Assembly: GCA_965202585.1 (NCBI GenBank)
Contig: OZ241833.1
Coordinates: 32,302,001-32,366,000, forward strand
Length of the DNA stretch: 64,000 bases
Direction of reading: 5' to 3'
DNA from: Thalia democratica
Taxonomy: Eukaryota
Part shown: piece after piece, positions 60,301 to 64,000 of the stretch
Position numbering within the stretch: the first letter of the stretch is position 1
Layout of the letters: each line of letters begins with the position of its first letter
Translations under genes and position numbers: made by a program
Notes under the pieces: model-generated
Database searches by the model: none
What the model was told of the DNA's origin: nothing
Seen by the model: the letters and a program-made list of their open reading frames with translations, nothing else

Positions 60301-63300
60301 ACTTTGATTACAACGTCGTTAAGTTAGTATTCTGTTCAAGGTCAGGTAAAAACAGTTTAAGTGCACTCAAGTAAACAACAAGCAAATACAAATTGCTGCA
60401 ATTTCAATGATAAACTGCTACTTGAGATGTTTGCAGTACATTTTAAGTGTAAGTAAATAACACAAGTGGTTTTTTGCAAATTGTTTAATAAAAACTAAAA
60501 CATCTCAATTATAAACTTACTCTACCTTTAAAATCAACTTGAGCTTGTTTATTTTTCAGTTTACGCAACTAGCTCGTAAAACGTTAAACACAAACGATTT
60601 CAACACAACTTATATAATTAAACACAAGTACACATAAAGCTTGTTTATTTTAATGACGGGTAAACACTTGAGCAACAATACAATAGACAATCGAGCAAAC
60701 AAATTAAGATATTGCACTTTTGAACTCGATGATGTCATAATAAGCCATAGTTTACAAATTAATTTATTTTAATTCTTAAGCAGTGTTTACATAACATTTA
60801 ACACTTTCTTTTTTCAGCTTGCCCTGACGGTTACTATGGTAACGAGTGCCAGAACACTTGCAGGTGTGGAAACGGGGCCACGTGCAACCACGTGACAGGG
60901 GAGTGCTCCTGCCCGCCCGGGTGGTTGGGAGAGAACTGCATCCAGCGTAAGTAGTTACCATGACAAATTTATATAAAAAATGCTAATTTGATTTGCCAGT
61001 CGCGTTAAATTGGCACTTATTGAATTTTCGGCAAAACTGGTAAAAGTCTAATTTGTTATCAAATTGTTCGAGGCAAATATTTGCGATGTTAAACTTGTTT
61101 GCAAAACACTCAAAAAGCGTTAATTGGCCTCTCGACGGTCAACGACAGTTCACAGTCATTTGAGTTTGATATTCATACAACTGTGTCGGCAGTAATTCAA
61201 TTTACTTTATTGAAAAGCAGCCGATAACTCGACGCATTACCAGCACTTTCAACGCGCGTTACACGGTAATCTAATGGGGGCGATGTAGCAAATCTGATTT
61301 TCCGATGCGAAACAAGATTACAACTGAGCCTGTTATCGTGCTTGTTTTTGAAACACCAGTGAAACCGGCTCGCTTTAAACGCTTTTGTTTGTTTTTTCAA
61401 GGAGGTCATGACTCGCAAATCTGGCCGATTAAAATTTTGCGTTTAAAGCGAGAAGCTTTTTTTTTGCATCAAAAAGGTTTTTAGTGTTGTCAAACAAACA
61501 GATTGCCATATATCTTTTTTAACTCGACTCGTTGTTTAGGGCGATGTATAAAATTAAACATCTTTGTTTGTTTGTTGGCAAAGTTAAGCTTGTGAGTTTC
61601 AAAATTTTGCTTTGAACTTAGAGATTATGTAAAAAGTGTTTTTTAAATTTTCATACATCACAAGTTTGAATAATTTTAATATAGATAAATATGACAAGTT
61701 TTTAATTGTTTTACTTTATTTGTTTTTGTAAAGCATAAGCTTAACAAAAAATTATTTTATAAACTGTTTTGTGAAGTTTTACAAACTTAGAAAATTTATG
61801 TTTTTTAGCACAAACAGTTTTACACTTTACTTTTAAAATTAATATTCTTTAATTAGAAAAGACCTAAAAAATGTAAAGTAACCTTAGTTTTCCTAATACT
61901 TGATTTTATGAATAACCTATACAAAACTTTTATTCGTTTTAGACTTGTTTAAAATTATTATTAATTTTTAATTATAACAAACAAACGAACAGGTTGCGAC
62001 GAGTCTTCGTGGGGAGAAAACTGCACGAACCAGTGCGACTGCGCGAATGGCGCCAAATGCGACCACGTCACCGGCAGGTGCATATGCGGGCTGGGATTCA
62101 CCGGGGCCAGATGCGACAGAGGTCAGTTTGGTTACTTCTAGCAATTGTACTAGGGCTGACTCATTTGTTTTGACGCGCGATTTTCAAGGGGTCAATTGGG
62201 AATAGATAAACACTGCAACAATGTTACGAAAATGTTTGCATTGAAAAAAAATGTTTACTGTTTGCAAAGGGCAACTAATTAAACACAACGTGAACTTTGC
62301 TTTAAAAAAAATTAGGTAGCTCGTGATGAAGATTTAAGACCGGTGACCTTTTTAGTTTTGGTCCGTCACCTTTTCATCTTCTTCTTATTTTGATCTCACA
62401 CGTGTCAGTTTAATTCGTTTTGCGCAAATCATCCGATGCGCCTGCCAGCCAAACAGTGACTCATAATTGGGTAATTTGTGTAAACATGAATTATTTCCAT
62501 GCTGATAGGTAGACTGATGCTCTTCAGCGGAACACACACACCGCTGACACTTACCTGGCTTCAAAGCAGCATAAAAATACTTCTTGGTTCCATTTTTTGA
62601 TTTAACAGTGTAATTTTCACCTTTCGTTGCTCTCTGCGCTGAAATTCTTTCCAGGAAATCGAATTACGATCGCCCAGAATTTATAATTAGTTTTACTATT
62701 TTTTTGCGGTGGGCTTTTGACGGATTAGGAAAGAGATATGGCTGTTAATTTAAATTTCAGTTGTAACGTAAAGTTTTTACAAACTGCTTAGAAGCCTTTC
62801 TAATTAAAAAATCACTTTGATCTGTTTTTACATCGACTTCTAATATATCAATATCATTTATACTTTAGATTTTTTTTAAGGTGTAAACCATTTTTAATCT
62901 TACTTTTATTAACTGCCATTAAAATATTTACTTTGTAGTAATTTTAATTAAAGATCTTTTATCTAATCTATTTAAAATACTTTACCTGTTTATAAACACT
63001 TCTAAGCATTTCTTAAACCAATTATAGTATTTTAAATTTCCACATTATGTTTACATTTTCAAAGAGTTTGTCAAAAAAGAAATCTTAGTTACACTGTACT
63101 TTTACCTCATACATTTTTAAGGCAAATTGTTTTCAATGTTTAACATTTTTTCTAAAAAACTATACACAGTTTATTTTCACAATATTTTCTCTTAACATTC
63201 TACCAATACGGACTTCTACAAACTTCTAAAAGTGTATTCGTTCTGCGTTATCGAACAATTTTTAAAAACATGTCTATACAATGAAAAAGTCTATTCATTT

Positions 63301-63885
63301 TTCTGTTTAATCAGACCTTTGTTCCACCGTATACCCTCTTAAAACGAGAAAAACTTGTTTTACTTTGCTAACTGTTTGGTTGTTATTTTAAGTCAAAATA
63401 TTTTATACTACAACTGATGTCAATATTCTACATATTTAAAAAAACTATTGAGACTTCGATTACAAAATTCTTAAAAAAATTTGCAAAAAGTACTTAAGGA
63501 CTGGCCTCTAGAAATTTATTCCTTCAAAAAAAACTTTCAAAGTTTGATTTTTACTCGTTGTACACAGTGTACCAACAGGGAATTCCTTCGTTGTTACATC
63601 GTTACGTAATACTTTCAACTGTACAAGTTTCTAACACGAGTGTTTTGAGAACTAATATCGAACAGTAAATTAATTTATGTTTACAATATGATTTACAGCT
63701 AATGAAAAACAACTATTTTTAAGATTTTAAAAATATTTTAAAAATACCCCCCACAGTGTGCCAGGAGGGTTACTACGGCGCGAACTGCCAGCAGAGGTGC
63801 AACTGCAGGAACTCGATGGGGTGCGACCCGGCCACTGGGAGGTGCCAGTGCGAACCCGGGTGGATGGGACTCGCCTGCGAACAAG
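21197..63885 (+). CDS. MEGF6: MEGF6-like gene, 26 coding exons, 3' incomplete (joined CDS 3316 nt)
   Basis: All exons join in frame with GT-AG introns. The EMI + EGF-Ca array + acidic linker + 8-Cys EGF array matches MEGF6. Diagnostic motifs: PHVC..KPC..W...C......[15 protein letters not shown] (cf. RIEMEIVNSC) and an EGF with CC and terminal CGC. Confidence 0.92.
24166..24317 (+). pseudogene. Upstream shadow of exon 2 acceptor, pseudo-exon 24257-24317 ([16 protein letters not shown])
   Basis: About 90 bp of intron plus exon start duplicated about 260 bp upstream. The AG is retained and there is an in-frame TAA. Confidence 0.8.
24518..24658 (+). CDS. MEGF6: MEGF6 exon 2: EMI domain N-half ([46 protein letters not shown])
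   Basis: tag|...|gtggga, 141 nt, phase 2-2. All 46 full codons end in G or C. Confidence 0.95.
24740..24915 (+). pseudogene. Downstream AT-eroded shadow of exon 2, including its donor
   Basis: 24879-24907 matches 24638-24666 at 24/29 positions. Looser similarity extends upstream. Confidence 0.8.
27992..28101 (+). CDS. MEGF6: MEGF6 exon 3: EMI domain C-half ([36 protein letters not shown])
   Basis: ccag|...|gttagt, 110 nt. Contains the CC.GW EMI motif. Confidence 0.95.
32964..32970 (+). promoter_or_regulatory. TATA box of the internal promoter for alternative exon 1b
   Basis: CTATAAAAG about 220 bp upstream of the exon 1b ATG, at the end of a roughly 1-kb CpG-rich block. Confidence 0.55.
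33186..33507 (+). CDS. MEGF6: MEGF6 alternative first exon 1b: signal peptide plus about 80-aa pro-region ending [12 protein letters not shown]
   Basis: 107 codons + 1 nt with strong GC3 bias and hydrophobic [11 protein letters not shown]. Donor ACAG|gtcggg in phase 1; a 50-nt intron joins exon 4 in frame. Confidence 0.85.
33434..33447. promoter_or_regulatory. RFX X-box-like palindrome within exon 1b coding sequence
   Basis: GTTGCCACGGCAAC, 13/14 match to GTTGCCATGGCAAC. Confidence 0.45.
33558..33662 (+). CDS. MEGF6: MEGF6 exon 4: EGF ([34 protein letters not shown])
   Basis: tag|...|gtaagg, 105 nt, phase 1-1, 6 Cys. Confidence 0.95.
36464..36527. repeat. Perfect 2 x 32-bp tandem duplication
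   Basis: aaatttgcacatgcccacatttcgaaaagttt twice, head to tail. Confidence 0.95.
37568..37690 (+). CDS. MEGF6: MEGF6 exon 5: EGF-Ca ([41 protein letters not shown])
   Basis: cag|...|gtcagt, 123 nt, phase 1-1. Confidence 0.95.
39151..39273 (+). CDS. MEGF6: MEGF6 exon 6: EGF-Ca ([41 protein letters not shown])
   Basis: cag|...|gtaagt, 123 nt. Confidence 0.95.
41225..41353 (+). CDS. MEGF6: MEGF6 exon 7: EGF ([42 protein letters not shown])
   Basis: cag|...|gttggt, 129 nt. Confidence 0.93.
42432..42554 (+). CDS. MEGF6: MEGF6 exon 8: EGF ([40 protein letters not shown])
   Basis: cag|...|gtgagt, 123 nt. Confidence 0.95.
43291..43350 (+). mobile_element. hAT-like relic, dispersed repeat copy 2
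   Basis: actttttatttt..ggcccgtg..atgggtcgtgacc, same motifs as 9851-9900. Confidence 0.35.
44059..44181 (+). CDS. MEGF6: MEGF6 exon 9: EGF-Ca ([41 protein letters not shown])
   Basis: cag|...|gtcagt, 123 nt. Confidence 0.95.
45979..46116 (+). CDS. MEGF6: MEGF6 exon 10: EGF ([46 protein letters not shown])
   Basis: cag|...|gtcggt, 138 nt. Carries the MEGF6-type RIxMExxxSC leader. Confidence 0.95.
47060..47182 (+). CDS. MEGF6: MEGF6 exon 11: EGF-Ca with extra Cys pair ([41 protein letters not shown])
   Basis: cag|...|gtaaca, 123 nt. The CC and CGC pattern is characteristic of MEGF6. Confidence 0.95.
47531..47653 (+). CDS. MEGF6: MEGF6 exon 12: EGF-Ca ([41 protein letters not shown])
   Basis: cag|...|gttagt, 123 nt. 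Confidence 0.95.
47913..48075 (+). CDS. MEGF6: MEGF6 exon 13: Cys-free acidic linker ([53 protein letters not shown])
   Basis: cag|...|gtgggt, 163 nt, phase 1-2. 48/53 codons end in G or C. Confidence 0.93.
48479..48606 (+). CDS. MEGF6: MEGF6 exon 14: 8-Cys EGF repeat ([42 protein letters not shown])
   Basis: cag|...|gttagt, 128 nt, phase 2-1. Confidence 0.95.
48863..48991 (+). CDS. MEGF6: MEGF6 exon 15: 8-Cys EGF repeat ([42 protein letters not shown])
   Basis: cag|...|gtgagt, 129 nt. Confidence 0.95.
50219..50344 (+). CDS. MEGF6: MEGF6 exon 16: 8-Cys EGF repeat ([41 protein letters not shown])
   Basis: tag|...|gtgagt, 126 nt. Confidence 0.95.
52104..52238 (+). CDS. MEGF6: MEGF6 exon 17: 8-Cys EGF repeat ([44 protein letters not shown])
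   Basis: cag|...|gtatgt, 135 nt. Confidence 0.95.
53285..53298. promoter_or_regulatory. Perfect palindromic RFX X-box in intron 17
   Basis: GTTGCCATGGCAAC within a CpG-rich intronic block, with the half-site CATAGTAAC just upstream. Confidence 0.65.
53697..53831 (+). CDS. MEGF6: MEGF6 exon 18: 8-Cys EGF repeat ([44 protein letters not shown])
   Basis: cag|...|gtaatt, 135 nt. Confidence 0.95.
54001..54300. repeat. Diverged intronic direct repeat (about 55 bp, 242 bp apart)
   Basis: ttttattgatccgccctaaaattagtaaaggttgacctgaaacttaat versus ttttattgatctgccctaaatttagttaaggttgccctaaaacttaat. Confidence 0.9.
54602..54730 (+). CDS. MEGF6: MEGF6 exon 19: 8-Cys EGF repeat ([42 protein letters not shown])
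   Basis: cag|...|gtaaat, 129 nt. Confidence 0.95.
54966..55094 (+). CDS. MEGF6: MEGF6 exon 20: 8-Cys EGF repeat ([42 protein letters not shown])
   Basis: cag|...|gtgaga, 129 nt. Confidence 0.95.
55414..56324. repeat. 104-bp direct repeat pair (55414-55517 and 56221-56324), 807 bp apart
   Basis: Near-identical copies with about 5 mismatches, both running TG...CA. A partial third-copy tail lies at 55384-55398. Confidence 0.9.
56664..56789 (+). CDS. MEGF6: MEGF6 exon 21: 8-Cys EGF repeat ([41 protein letters not shown])
   Basis: cag|...|gtaaga, 126 nt. Confidence 0.95.
58075..58203 (+). CDS. MEGF6: MEGF6 exon 22: 8-Cys EGF repeat ([42 protein letters not shown])
   Basis: cag|...|gtaaga, 129 nt. 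An alternative in-frame acceptor lies 45 nt upstream. Confidence 0.95.
58556..58684 (+). CDS. MEGF6: MEGF6 exon 23: 8-Cys EGF repeat ([42 protein letters not shown])
   Basis: cag|...|gtgagt, 129 nt. Confidence 0.95.
60818..60946 (+). CDS. MEGF6: MEGF6 exon 24: 8-Cys EGF repeat ([42 protein letters not shown])
   Basis: cag|...|gtaagt, 129 nt. Confidence 0.95.
61993..62121 (+). CDS. MEGF6: MEGF6 exon 25: 8-Cys EGF repeat ([42 protein letters not shown])
   Basis: cag|...|gtcagt, 129 nt. Confidence 0.95.
63757..63885 (+). CDS. MEGF6: MEGF6 exon 26: 8-Cys EGF repeat ([42 protein letters not shown]); gene continues beyond window
   Basis: cag|...|gtaatg, 129 nt, no stop codon. Confidence 0.95.
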
Positions 63886-64000
63886 GTAATGTTTGGCATC
63901 ATTTCTTTTAGTTTATTGGTATAGTCGTAAAGTTTTCCTAAAATTATTGCAATCGCTTGTCAAAGAAGTTTTAAACGGTTTGATATTGTTGTTTGTTTCG

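Noticed and set aside
390-61418. Most ORFs in the supplied six-frame track
   Set aside because: They are short, compositionally biased (K/F/L/I-rich), lack GC3 bias and splice context, or are alternative-frame or antisense shadows of true GC-rich exons.
21307-63756. Intronic miR-551a-like hairpin (human MIR551A lies in MEGF6, from recall)
   Set aside because: No GCGACCCA-seeded hairpin was seen in the introns; the similar k-mers occur only inside exons.
1-64000. tRNA, rRNA, snRNA, CRISPR array, intact transposase or reverse transcriptase
   Set aside because: No paired A/B boxes with a cloverleaf, no regularly spaced repeat-spacer array, and no long ORF outside the MEGF6 exons.

Overview
Eukaryotic (metazoan invertebrate, species not assignable from sequence alone) genomic DNA with very AT-rich non-coding sequence and sharply GC-rich exons. 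The dominant feature is the 5' part of a + strand MEGF6 (multiple EGF-like domains 6)-type gene. I traced 26 in-frame GT-AG exons by hand from ATG 21197 to 63885 (3316 nt, 1105 codons; the gene runs off the window end). Domain order: signal peptide, EMI domain, one EGF, eight Ca-binding/complement-type EGF modules, an acidic linker, then 13 eight-cysteine EGF repeats. An alternative first exon (33186-33507) with its own TATA box, signal peptide and furin-type RRRSRR site splices in phase to exon 4 and would give an EMI-less isoform. The most unusual signal is that about ten exons have decayed, AT-eroded tandem 'shadow' copies of their own splice junctions 45-410 bp away, several still carrying intact GT or AG. 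Other signals: an RFX X-box inside coding sequence, a perfect intronic X-box, a Rel/STAT site cluster, CRE enrichment, a CTCF motif, hAT-like relics and two weak candidate minus-strand exons upstream. No tRNA, rRNA, CRISPR array or intact transposase was seen. All alignments and counts were done by eye.
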